Shown: in pieces, positions 36,101-46,350 of the stretch | How positions within the stretch are numbered: the first letter of the stretch is position 1 | Layout of the letters: each line of letters begins with the position of its first letter | Assembly: GCF_002571385.2 (NCBI RefSeq) | Contig: NW_019217790.1 | Span: 501,560 to 565,559, forward strand | DNA: 64,000 bases | Origin: Stylophora pistillata | Taxonomy: Eukaryota | Direction of reading: 5' to 3' | The notes under the pieces: generated by a model | The model's input: the letters and a program-made list of their open reading frames with translations, nothing else | Told to the model about the DNA's origin: nothing | Database searches by the model: none | Program-made: the position numbers and the translations under genes

Positions 36101-38816
36101 ATAGAAAGTTTCCTTGATTTGTAGGTGGCTTGCGTCGCAGGTATGAAACGTCATGTTAGAATTAATTTCTTCCTACATCTCCCCTTTGCACATTAACCAC
36201 GCAGGTAACGTTGGCACAGATCCAGAAAATTGTGCTCCAAGTTTTGTGAGCTTAGAATTATCAATGTCACAGTGGGTGCAACTGCCTTGTAAGCCGGCGA
36301 GCTAACGAGGGATCAGTTGAATTGTACGTAGCAGGTGAACTTAACAATTATACTGCGGATTATTTTTATTCAGTTTTGTGGTGAACTTACCTCTTCTCTT
36401 TCGTCGCACAAAATTTTGTAGTCACTTAACAAAGTTTCCATCACAATCTGAATGGGAAAAATGTATCAAATCAGCGTATTGAAATTGGATGTGTTTTAGA
36501 TTTTAGATACTTCAGTGTTGTAGTTTTGCGCATTACGATTAGAAAGTGAGAATCAGAATCAAATTCGATTTCAGATGAAGTTTATGTTAAAATATCAATA
36601 TTTGTTTTTCAGGGCCGGATATTTGCCATGGAATTACGGAGTGTGATCACATGCATGCGTCTAATGGTTTAGTTTGTTCCCGTTGATTGGCGATAGCCTG
36701 ACAAAAACACAACCATGAGAAATGAAATGACATGAAGAAGAGAAGATAATTTTAATAATAGCAAAGAGAAGTGTGTGATACTTGGCCTCTGAGATGTTCT
36801 TGCTTGGCGGCGTATCCCTGCGGAGATTAAAAAAAGATATTTAATGATTGCGATCAAAGCTCCCTGAGGCTACCACAAGAGGCCACACACACATGAGTAA
36901 CAATATAAATAAAGAAAGCTGAAAAATTAAATTTAGAAAATTCGAGTTTCTTTGACTATCATAAGGTTGTTAAAGATTGCGGGATAATGTAAGGGGTATC
37001 CCTGTTTTAGGTCATGATGGGTATCCTGTGCTTCTTGTTATTTGTAACACTTTTGTGAATTCTATGCTTTCAGATTTGTCTTTCCCTAGCTAATAATAAT
37101 TTAATATTTATATTGCGCAAATTAACATGTGGATATGATCAAATGCGCATCACAACACTGTTTGGGGGACTTTGGCCGGACTGCACCAGCAGTTTACCAA
37201 CAATCGAAGGAAACTTATTTGAAGATGCCCTCTCCCCCCCCAATTCCCAGTAAACAGACCAGACCACATCACAGTAATCTCATGAGTGGGTTATTTAATG
37301 TCCCCTGCCTAACCAAATTAACTAATGAATAGATGTAGGAGCTAATACTGAGAAGTACTACCTGATAATCTAGAATATAATTTTATGCAAGCTTATTGTA
37401 ATCAAACTTAACCCTTTAAGTTCTAAAAGTAATCAGCATCTAACTTCTTCTTACAGTCAGTTCTGCTCAATCACTCATTAACGTGAGAATATCGGAAATG
37501 ACTGTAGAAAGTTTCTACCTTTTTTGAATTTCAATTTCATGTTTTCCTTCCCCCTCCGTGCTGTTTTGTTCTTACGCACGACGCGCGTGATTTTTTGGTG
37601 AACTGGCCAATCGCGTCGGGGACTTTGGCCTTGGGCTTGACATTGAAAAGAGGTTGGCGTGTACATTTTGCTCGCATATCTTAGTTGTTTCTGCTTTCGG
37701 GGTTTAGTTTTTGGTTGTTGTCTTTAAGTTTTCGTTCACGTTTATTTTAATCCCTCAGTTTGAAATTTTTACGAAGTGTAAGGAGTTTCATTCAAACCGA
37801 ATGTTGTGATCATTTCAATTACATATTTTCTACGGAGTTCAGACTCTACTTTCTTTTTCGCTATTAAATTTTTTACAATGACCGCCAATTGTCAAACGAA
37901 TTCACCTTGTCAGAACTAAAGGAGTTATGTAGAGAAGAGTATGGAGAATATGGACACTGATGTTGGGCTGCAAAGGGTTCAACAACCATTTATTTTATCA
38001 CTGACTTTACCTTTGGATCTTTGTTATCGTACGTGGATTCATAATCCCGTAGCAACTGAAAGATCAAAAACCAATTTCAAAAACTGCAGGTTGTCTGATT
38101 AAGACATATAACCCATATTTTCAAGAGTGCGACTAATAGTAAATCCCATGGTTTAAACTACATGCCTTGTCTCATCTACTGAGACTGTTGTTTAAGTAAA
38201 TACATGAAAACATTGTCACCATAAAACATCGTCACCATACTTTTTAGGCAGTGTAGTCATTCAGGAATAAAAAGTTCCTTTTTAACCATTCAACTGTAGT
38301 TCTGAAACAGGGCAAACGGTATCTACTGAAGCTAAATCAAATTTGAGCTTGGCTTATCATTCAAACTTAACTCTCAAGAATCTCTGTACCTATCATTAGA
38401 CATTCCTAACTCTTCCCGACCTCCCCCCCAAAGGGAGCTTTTGCATAAAGCTTTTCACCCTACGAAGCAAATATAAATTATTTTATCTTTGATATTCTAT
38501 TGACCTTTGATATTCTATCTGTGATACCGCTGAACTCCTGGCCGAAGTAATCATTGGATTTCTGTTTTCCTATTCCCACTGCATGCACGGTTAACGGCAG
38601 ACCAATCTCACTCTTAGCAACTTTCATCGTATCTTTCTCCTTATCCTGTGGTGAGAACAGGTCTTTTCTCCAACTGGCTTCATACTCGGATTCCTGGTGG
38701 TCTTTGAATAACGGCACCCTTTGGAAATCAACTTTGTTGATGGGAAGCTTCCCGTTTTGTTTTATCCTTTGCCCTTTACCATGTTTCTGCATAGCGTATT
38801 CGTACCTTCGCGACAT
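21833..38816 (-). CDS. Large multi-exon gene for an uncharacterised coiled-coil/low-complexity protein; approximate model, could be more than one gene
   Basis: GT-AG-bounded open exons, e.g. ~38505-38816 (MSRRYEY...), 36391-36448, 33475-33570, 32700-32772 (KESLEKELQKIMGTLNDQNELIE), 29602-29800, 28810-29085, 27283-27857, 22838-23098, 22224-22461, and terminal exon 21833-21970 (...TKLPLLNINHFLNVGQ*). The 3' junctions I checked are phase-consistent. Confidence 0.55.
25388..25448 (+). repeat. 18-bp tandem repeat (CTAAGGTCTACAGTGTTR), ~3.5 copies
   Basis: Directly visible. Confidence 0.9.
25445..26390. mobile_element. Two copies of one tRNA-derived SINE in inverted orientation (~25445-25722 on -, ~26030-26390 on +)
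   Basis: The + copy has a TAGCTCAAT/GGGTTTGAGCCCC tRNA head. Its body GGATAGGGACGAATAAATGGAGGTCCCGTCTCCTGCAG is the reverse complement of 25600-25640. A related copy lies at ~55720-56012. Confidence 0.8.
26828..27130 (+). mobile_element. tRNA-derived SINE with AATAAA and (TTA)n tail
   Basis: GGAGGCAGCGTGGCC...GGGTTCGAGTCCCG head and a TTA-repeat tail at 27098-27130. Confidence 0.75.
31915..32245 (+). mobile_element. Older CORE-like tRNA SINE
   Basis: GTACTCTTGGGCGAGACACTTTG...TCTCTCCACCCAGGAGT resembles the CORE domain. A similar copy lies at ~54570-54720. Confidence 0.6.
32253..32507 (-). mobile_element. Younger CORE-like tRNA SINE with 11-bp target-site duplication
   Basis: Minus strand reads GGAGGCGCGGTGGCCTCATGGTTAGAGCGC...GGGTTCGTGCCCC...TTAGGCAAGACACTTAACTCTC. 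TCTACCTTAAG occurs at 32242-32252 and 32508-32518. Confidence 0.8.
35655..35980 (+). repeat. MITE-like interspersed repeat; inverted copy at ~60815-61132 in a MED4 intron
   Basis: TTATTAACCAAGCTTGCTCGGGACCGTACTGGAAGAATATCGGCCCTCGG, with internal inverted repeats, is shared by both loci. Confidence 0.85.
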
Positions 38817-39729
38817 TGTGTGCTCGGCAGAAACTGTTTCAGAGTTAAAAACTAAGACCGCTGTAAGGAAATTTTGTTGATCACGATGTTAATCGCCGTG
38901 TGTGCCCCGCAAGGGATTCAATTGGTAAAGAAAATAAGTGCTACATGTTTTCTTCAAAAAGACCAATTCGTCTGGCGACACTGCGCGCGGAAATCCACTT
39001 TAATGACGTTAGATGATTATGACGTCACCTACGTCATTAGTTGTCTTAATTCTGACGAAAGATTTCTCGTCGTAAACTTGAAATGGGGCAAATGGGCCAT
39101 TCCATAAAGCCACTCAGTATTCTTGGACGAGGGTAAGAGCGAATGAAGAAATTAATTTACAAGAAAAGTTCTGCAGTTGGCCTTAATGCGAAGGTCAGTG
39201 TTTTTGAAACTCTGAAATCTCATAAATACTACCGCACAGTCACTTACACAGAAACCGGAAAAAAAATTAACTCATACCGAAGTTATTTTTCTTGTTTATT
39301 ATTTTTAAATTAAGTGGCTGTTGACTGAACTGAGTCACTTTCAAATTTCCAACTGCCGTTCTAATCTAGCCAAAAGAATTGCCTCCAACCATGATCATTG
39401 TGTGGACGTATAGAGATAATTACCCTACCCCCCCCTCCCTGACAACTCTGAAAATTGAAATATTCTTCTGGGCAACCGACGGGGTATTTGTGGGCCCCTT
39501 CAGGTCAATGCCTAAGTTACATAATTCGATTCTCAAAGGATTCTAGAATTCTTAACAGGCAACAAGTTGTCGTGACAAAATACATCAATTTTTCGAATGG
39601 TATTGCAAAGTGGAATTCAAAGAGGTTTTCAATGGGTTACAAAGCAGTGAAAAGCAAAAAAAAAAAATTCACAACTTAATATGTTATGAAGGGATTTTAT
39701 TTGTACAGCTGCAGAGCACAAGAATCAAC

Positions 39730-41488
39730 TTAAATCCTTGATGGGTACAGCATCTGCAAATAGAAAGAAAGACTGCATAAGATTTGTCAGATAATTTTCC
39801 ATCATACATGTCAGTAACTGAACCAGTCCTGATAAGAAAATTCCAAGAAATGTTCCTACGATAGCTCAAAGACAATAAAATATTCTGAGCTCTGTTCAAG
39901 TGTAGTTAAACATCAAAAATGCTAACTCGTGTAGCATTTCACAACAACATATATATTTCATCACAGCTCAGAACTTCCATATTGTCCATGATTGAATTAG
40001 AGACTTGGGCCCAGGGTTGAAGGAAACAAATTACACTGCTGGCTGAAACTTCAATTGAGGTGGCTTAAAGATGGTGAATGATTGTACGTGTGTAACCTCA
40101 CAAGTACCTGTTGTGCTTTACTAAGCAATTCTGGCTAAAAATTGAGCGAGCCATGGTCCCTTTTTTATCCAGAGAAATTCGTATGCAGTCAGCACTTAGT
40201 AACAACCCTGCAGGCCACATCCAAACATTTTGGATTTTTAAAAACAGATATTTTTCAATGGATTGGCCTTGTGTATACATTAATGCAATGAAAGCCACCA
40301 AAGGAAAATATCTGCTGTGACCTTGTAGGCAAAAGTTAAGATATTGTTCCACCAGGTGGAATTAATTACTGACCAATCTGAATGACTTATCAAGGATATA
40401 AGTGTTTTCACTTGGTTTAGGATAATAGATAAACACTAATATGCAGTGAACAGTTCAAATATTTATGACAAATACAAAAATAATTATCTGTGTTAAGCAA
40501 TTATCAAATAAAAGGTGAGTGTGAAGAGAGCCTTATCTTTTTGACTTCTAGAGGTTACTTTAAAAGACCAAATTTTCCTACTTAATTTACAAAGTATGCG
40601 CTGCAGTCAGTGGGGAGAATCACTTCTCGGATCTTGGACACTACAGGAATAATTGCAAGAAAATAACTCACCACTCTAACGGTAGCACCCATTGCTTTAG
40701 GTGGGAGGTTATGCCTGAACTTTGCTCGTACAACACCACTGTTTCCATGAGGTCTTGTTATCTTTCCCCACATTACTCGCACTTTGCTGGCTTTCTTATC
40801 ACCTTTGGCTACAGATTTTCTCTTAGCACGGTAGATAAAGGCAACACGTTTGCCAAGGTAGAAATCTGTTTCTTTCTTGGCAGCTACCCCTTCGATTCTT
40901 AAAAGGGAGGTGTTTGGTTGCTGATTACGCAAGCCTCTCTTGTAGCCGAGGACAATACCTTTTGTATACAGGCTAAAATAAAAAAAGTGTATCAATAAGA
41001 GTGCTTTTCAGGCTACTAACAACAGTGTATTGATAAGACAGCCTCTTGTTTTAACATTATAACACCTTACTCCAAGAAGTATACAACAGATCAAAAAGGC
41101 AAAAAAATACATGCAACATTCATTGACAGGAGTAATAACTAGGGCTTAACCAGAGGTTTTAGGATTGCTTGCCAACCATTAGCAATAAAAAAACCTTTAT
41201 ATCATTTTGGAGTGAGAAGTTCCAAACTAGAAATGCCAAGAGAGTAACAAATGATTTCCGTATTCTACAATTCTGACGAATACTTAACAATTATTCCACG
41301 AGCTCGCATTGGATATGAGATGATAGATAGCCAATGAGGCGCATAGCACCAAGTTGGCTATAAACATCTCATGTCCAACAAGCGTCAGTGGAATAATTGC
41401 TTTATTAAAAAAATGCCCTCAAGATATTAGACAAATCTTCTTGACTTTATTTTGAAAGAAGAAACCAGATGTCACAATGTACAGATAT

Positions 41489-41552
<64 letters not shown>

Positions 41553-41958
41553 CATCCAATGATCCAGTTTCTAATAAAGTATATTATCACTGAGGTCCCC
41601 ATACAAGGTTTAACAGACACCAGTGTCTGTGCTATTTCAGGGCTCAACTGGATGGGATTCTATGAATTAATGCAATTTGGCACGAGAGATTGTACCTCTA
41701 AGTAGGGAATTGAGTCTAAATACTGTTTTAGTATAAATGTTTTTTTAATTGATTTTAACCTACATAACGGACGCTATACTTAACTTATAGGCATCACTAA
41801 CTTATAAATGAAATCCAGGAAAATTCTGTTCATAATTAGGCAGTAACAAATTAAACTCGAAATCTACTTACAAGTTTGGCGAGCTTACCTATACTGCAAA
41901 GCTAAAACATAAACATGCGCACACATAAAAGATGAACTTACCGTGTAGGTTGTGACAT
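39730..41958 (-). CDS. RPL35A: 60S ribosomal protein L35a (eL33); coding exons 41942-41958, 40672-40972, 39730-39753
   Basis: MSQPTR|[29 protein letters not shown]...[33 protein letters not shown]|MLYPSRI*, with GT-AG junctions in phase. Confidence 0.97.
39883..39973 (-). ncRNA. Intronic box C/D guide RNA in RPL35A, predicted target U2 snRNA A30
   Basis: Terminal stem TTCTGAGC/GCTCAGAA; perfect C box GTGATGA; D' GTGA; internal stem AAATGCTA/TAGCATTT; C' TTGATGT; D-variant CAGA. Guide ACTACACTTGA gives 11 Watson-Crick bp to U2 nt 27-37. Confidence 0.78.
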
Positions 41959-42400
41959 TTTTAATCTTCTAGTTACCTGAAATAAACCGATAAAAACAGT
42001 TAACGTCAAGGGAAATTTGTTCTCATTCGAAAATAAGGCAGCCATGTTGGTCCACGTACGATGAAACAAAACATGGCGTGTCGTGCATTTTTTCTAAACT
42101 TGAACAGTCACATAATGGTAGTAGTATATATAAAATATATTTTAGTTGTATGAAAATGGGAAATAACCTTCAATGTACGACGATGGAACAAGATTTTAAG
42201 CTACACTCACCAAGTAACTCAGAAGCCGAGATGTCGACCCGAAGAGGAAGTCTGAGCAGGCACACATAAATTTTAGGCGGTCAGCGACTCACTAGATTCC
42301 AGACTACCAGGATTTCGTTCATAGCAACAAGAAAACAAACATGGCGGTTAGGTTACAATGTTAACAGTTGTGAGTTTCTTCAAGCTATTTCACACATAAA

Positions 42401-44935
42401 ATGGATTTTGAAAGAAGAGCTATATCATCTAGATCACCTGCCACGAGGTATGAAGTCCTTCTTGTTGAAGATACCCCAAAGAAAGGACTTACCGAAGAAC
42501 GAATGACAACTTGTTTTCATGTCTATGATGAACTAATTCCAGAGTTGGGAGTTTATAAAAAAGTTTTAAAGATGCTTCGGGATGAACTATACGAAGCTGT
42601 GTATAGCAATGAATACACTACAGCAATACCTAAAAAAGGGAAAAGCAAGACGACTTATATTCAACGCATTCCCTATTTCGTTCTTGTTAATCGAGTTTAC
42701 GAGGAACGCGACATAAACGCAGACCAGCTAAAAGAAAATATTGCTGCATTGGAAAACAAACTTGCTGAGAAAGACAAACTATTGGAAGAGGCTAATGAAA
42801 GCATCGAGCGACTTAAAAAGTCACTTAAAGAGTGCAGGGATAAGATTTACAACATGGAAATCGAAATGGAAAACCAGAATCTCGAACAAAGGAAACTTGA
42901 AGCAAGCGTCCAATATGAACAGATGACGCAACAAGCGGCTAAAGACCGCTACGAGAAACGCATTTCTGGTCTTAAAGAAGAGCTCGCTCAAGCTAAAGAA
43001 AGGAACAAATTTCTTGAAAAGTTTAAAGAAGGTTATGACACCCTTGAAGAAGCATTTAATGATTCAACAGTGTTCGAAAATAAGCCTCAAAACCCAGCTG
43101 TTCTAACGAGAAGAGCTCAACTCATTCAAGAAATTTCTAATGCTAAACTTTTGGAAGAGCAACTTCTAACCATGCAGAATTTAGTTATTGAGGAATTTGA
43201 GCTTTTCCTGGAGGAGAATAAGGCTTTGCCGACGACAGAAGAAGTTGATTTAGGAAGCAGTGGAAGTAACTTTCGTGGAACACCAGACGATGAACATGAA
43301 ATGAGAGTAAAACTGGAAGAGGAGCTGCACAAAGTCAAGGAGAGATTCAAACAAAGCATTGCTGATATTGAAAATGAATTTCAGCTCATTGAGATTCAAA
43401 GGTCCAGTCTTGAAGATCAGTTGGTCGAACTTGAGGAGGAAGCTAGAAGAATAGAAAGAGAAACCAACGAAAAGAAGGAGAGAAAGAAGAGCATGTTTTT
43501 CATGGAAGGAGAAAAGGAAAAGAAACCAGATCCACCTGAAGACGATGACGAGATTGACTTTGTGAAGATCATGAACAGTGCACATAATCAAGATCCATTT
43601 ATTTCACACGAAAGAATCCTCAGCAAGTATTCAGCAATGATGTACTACTCCTGCAACCAGGGAAAGAACTATCACGTGTTTAAAGATGCAAAGTTTTGTG
43701 CAAGTTGTGGTGAAACAACTCTACTCTGCCCACACAAAATTACAGATCACAAGGTTGTTTCATTGCCTCATAACTGTACCCACGTCAAGATCATTAGGCC
43801 AACAGTGCACATATCACGCGATGAAAAACCTCCTGTTCTTGTGACTGAAACCCCCGAAAGCGTCCGAGCGATATCGGTGATTTCAAACAGCACTTTAGCT
43901 TATGGAGAAGAGTCCATCTTGAAAGAACAGCAACACCTGACCACGACGTACAAGTTCCTCTGGGATGACTACTACTCAAGGACATCAATCCGAAGACAGA
44001 TACCACGGGCTCTTTCTCAGGATCGTGTCTCATCCATCATTGAACAGTTTTACTCTTCACTAATCTGGCAGGATGATTACGCAGTAGAAGATGAACAAAT
44101 TGTTTCAGTTCTGGACACGTTGTACTCTTTCTTCCACGAACGATATCTTGTTTCAGATGTCACATTTCTTGCTGTGTATGATTTCTTTACAAGTGTGATC
44201 AAGTTTGCTCCAAACAACAAGAATATTCAGTTGTTTGCACAAGCAATGTGTGGCAGTTTAGATCCAGTTGTGGTTCGTTACATCCTTCTGGTAAATGAGT
44301 TTATCGATCTGGTTGAGTGGGTGGCCGTCAAAGACATCAGAATTTTTGCTCAAGTTGTATATCCCTTTATGAATGAAGAAGACATTGAGCAGTTCTCTAT
44401 GGGCTACACCTCCTTCAGCGAAAACAAGATTTCCAAGGAACTAGTGTCGGAGTATTTCTTGTACATAATTCTGAAGTACAGAGAACCTCGCTTTCAAGAA
44501 ATGGAAGTGAAACTTCTGCAACAACCAGGGAGGAGGCCTGGGTTCATGACAGATATTGAATATGCAGAAGCTATCGATAACATCTGTCCCTTGGCATCCG
44601 AACGCATGCGGCGGCGTCTGTTTGTAGAGTCTGTGGAACACTTGAGAGCCACTGACGACTCAGTGTCCGTGATGCGCTTGGCACAAATCACTGGTTATCT
44701 GACTATATTGCAACTCACACCCGTCATTAAGAATTCAGTTTCCCAGAAAGTGGATGAAGCACGTCTTGGGGTCGCCGAAAGACAGTCGTCCCCACCCCCT
44801 GATGCTCCGGTGAGCAGTGCATCCAAACCTGGGAATTTTTTTACCACGACCAGTGCACGTGCAGTAGCAGCTGAGAATGCCAAACGCTCAAGAACTCGGC
44901 AACTAAAAAGGATTGAAGAATACCAGTATGACTAA
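42401..44935 (+). CDS. Intronless 844-aa protein with coiled coils and a CxxC-x6-CxH motif; weak TSNAXIP1-family resemblance
   Basis: Uninterrupted ORF. EERMTTCFHVYDELIPELGVYKKVLKMLRDE and YSFFHERY...AVYDFFTSVIKF...IQLFAQAMCG recall the N-terminal and central blocks of TSNAXIP1 (by eye). Contains FCASCGETTLLCPH. Confidence 0.7.
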   Translation: MDFERRAISSRSPATRYEVLLVEDTPKKGLTEERMTTCFHVYDELIPELGVYKKVLKMLRDELYEAVYSNEYTTAIPKKGKSKTTYIQRIPYFVLVNRVYEERDINADQLKENIAALENKLAEKDKLLEEANESIERLKKSLKECRDKIYNMEIEMENQNLEQRKLEASVQYEQMTQQAAKDRYEKRISGLKEELAQAKERNKFLEKFKEGYDTLEEAFNDSTVFENKPQNPAVLTRRAQLIQEISNAKLLEEQLLTMQNLVIEEFELFLEENKALPTTEEVDLGSSGSNFRGTPDDEHEMRVKLEEELHKVKERFKQSIADIENEFQLIEIQRSSLEDQLVELEEEARRIERETNEKKERKKSMFFMEGEKEKKPDPPEDDDEIDFVKIMNSAHNQDPFISHERILSKYSAMMYYSCNQGKNYHVFKDAKFCASCGETTLLCPHKITDHKVVSLPHNCTHVKIIRPTVHISRDEKPPVLVTETPESVRAISVISNSTLAYGEESILKEQQHLTTTYKFLWDDYYSRTSIRRQIPRALSQDRVSSIIEQFYSSLIWQDDYAVEDEQIVSVLDTLYSFFHERYLVSDVTFLAVYDFFTSVIKFAPNNKNIQLFAQAMCGSLDPVVVRYILLVNEFIDLVEWVAVKDIRIFAQVVYPFMNEEDIEQFSMGYTSFSENKISKELVSEYFLYIILKYREPRFQEMEVKLLQQPGRRPGFMTDIEYAEAIDNICPLASERMRRRLFVESVEHLRATDDSVSVMRLAQITGYLTILQLTPVIKNSVSQKVDEARLGVAERQSSPPPDAPVSSASKPGNFFTTTSARAVAAENAKRSRTRQLKRIEEYQYD

Positions 44936-45269
44936 CCTTTATTGACAGATCGGGAAACTTCAGAAATGTGATGGTTACCTTAGTATTATGAGAACAGGTC
45001 ACAAAGATTCAAAAAGGGAAGCAAAAGAGAAATCAAAAGGAACAGATACCAAACTGAGTTTATCAGATGGCCGATACAAAGAAGTAGGTAAATAAAAGAA
45101 ATACTACTGAGTGGCGAACGAAAGGATGCGTTTCATGATAGTTAACTGATGTTATTTTTGAACTCTTATGTTAAGTCCTGTGCCTATTAACAAGTGTTTT
45201 GTTGAAACGTTTTTCGAAAAAAAAAAAAAACCTGCAAGGAGGGCCGCAAATTACCTCACCCTGCGGACT

Positions 45270-45435
45270 GACCTGTAGATATTTAATTAATTTTGTAGAT
45301 ATTAATTAATTTCTGTAAATTAATTTTTTTGTAGATATTAATTTTTTTGTAGATATTAATTTTTTGGTAGATATTAATTAATTTTGTAGATATTAATTAA
45401 TTAAGATTTAATTAATTTCTGTAGATATTTTAATT
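45270..45435 (+). repeat. AT-rich short tandem repeat (TGTAGATATTAATT...)
   Basis: About 8 imperfect units. Confidence 0.85.
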
Positions 45436-46350
45436 TTGAGAGAAGGAAACTCATCTAATTGTTAACGCTTTAATCGGATTTAAGTAATTAATCGTCAGTT
45501 TTGATGTGCAATTCATTTGAAATCATTGGTCATAACGCCACGGTAGCAACTAGCAAAAAAACCTTCCTTACATTACTCAAATTGATAATGCCGAGTGAAT
45601 TACTGCTAGCAATAAAAACACTCGATAAACATAAAAGAACGTTCGTGAAAATTTTATTCACACAAATTTAAGACCGTATAGGAAATAGGAAGACTTTAGA
45701 CTCGCTAAAAAAAAAATACTGTAAAAATGATTGTCCTATTTGCATTCTATACCTCGTTGGCTATCTTGCGTCTTGTCCTTTATTTATTCATTTTCAGATT
45801 TAGTTCAAAAGTAATAAAAAAAATTGTTTATTACGATTAAAGTACTGGGGAACAAGACCATGGGACAGGAAGTCCCCTACAAGGTCAAGTTCCCAAGTCA
45901 TATCCGACACGCTCTCGAGAAAATATTTCTCCTAACGAACTTAATTTGTCAGGTTGCGCTGTTTACGCATGCAGCCACTCAAGTGAATCTACGGCTCCTG
46001 TTTGAAGAAAGAGGCAAACTAGAGATCTGGTTATATTTCTATAAACCCTCATACAATTTTACTTTTTCATCGTGTATAGTATTTCGTTTTAGTTTACAAG
46101 TAGTTGAGATATTTTATTTGACCTTGATTTACTGTGGCACAGGCAGTTGTATTTCTTGACTGCTTCATGCTTGAACAGCTTAAAAACACTTAAAGAAAAC
46201 ATTTAGACATATTCCATTGTGAATTCTTTTAATCGTATGCATATGTATATGTGACGCCAATGAATAAAATAAATCATCAACATGTTGATGTCCAATTTGC
46301 AACTTATAACAATCGCTCGCGATTGTCTGTGATGTTTTGTGAGGCTGACA

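Noticed and set aside
40125-40140. TTCTGGCTAA similar to U2 around G19, which would make a SCARNA9-like two-domain RNA with the A30 guide
   Set aside because: The required D/D' position reads TTGC, and I found no convincing C box or terminal stem; likely chance.
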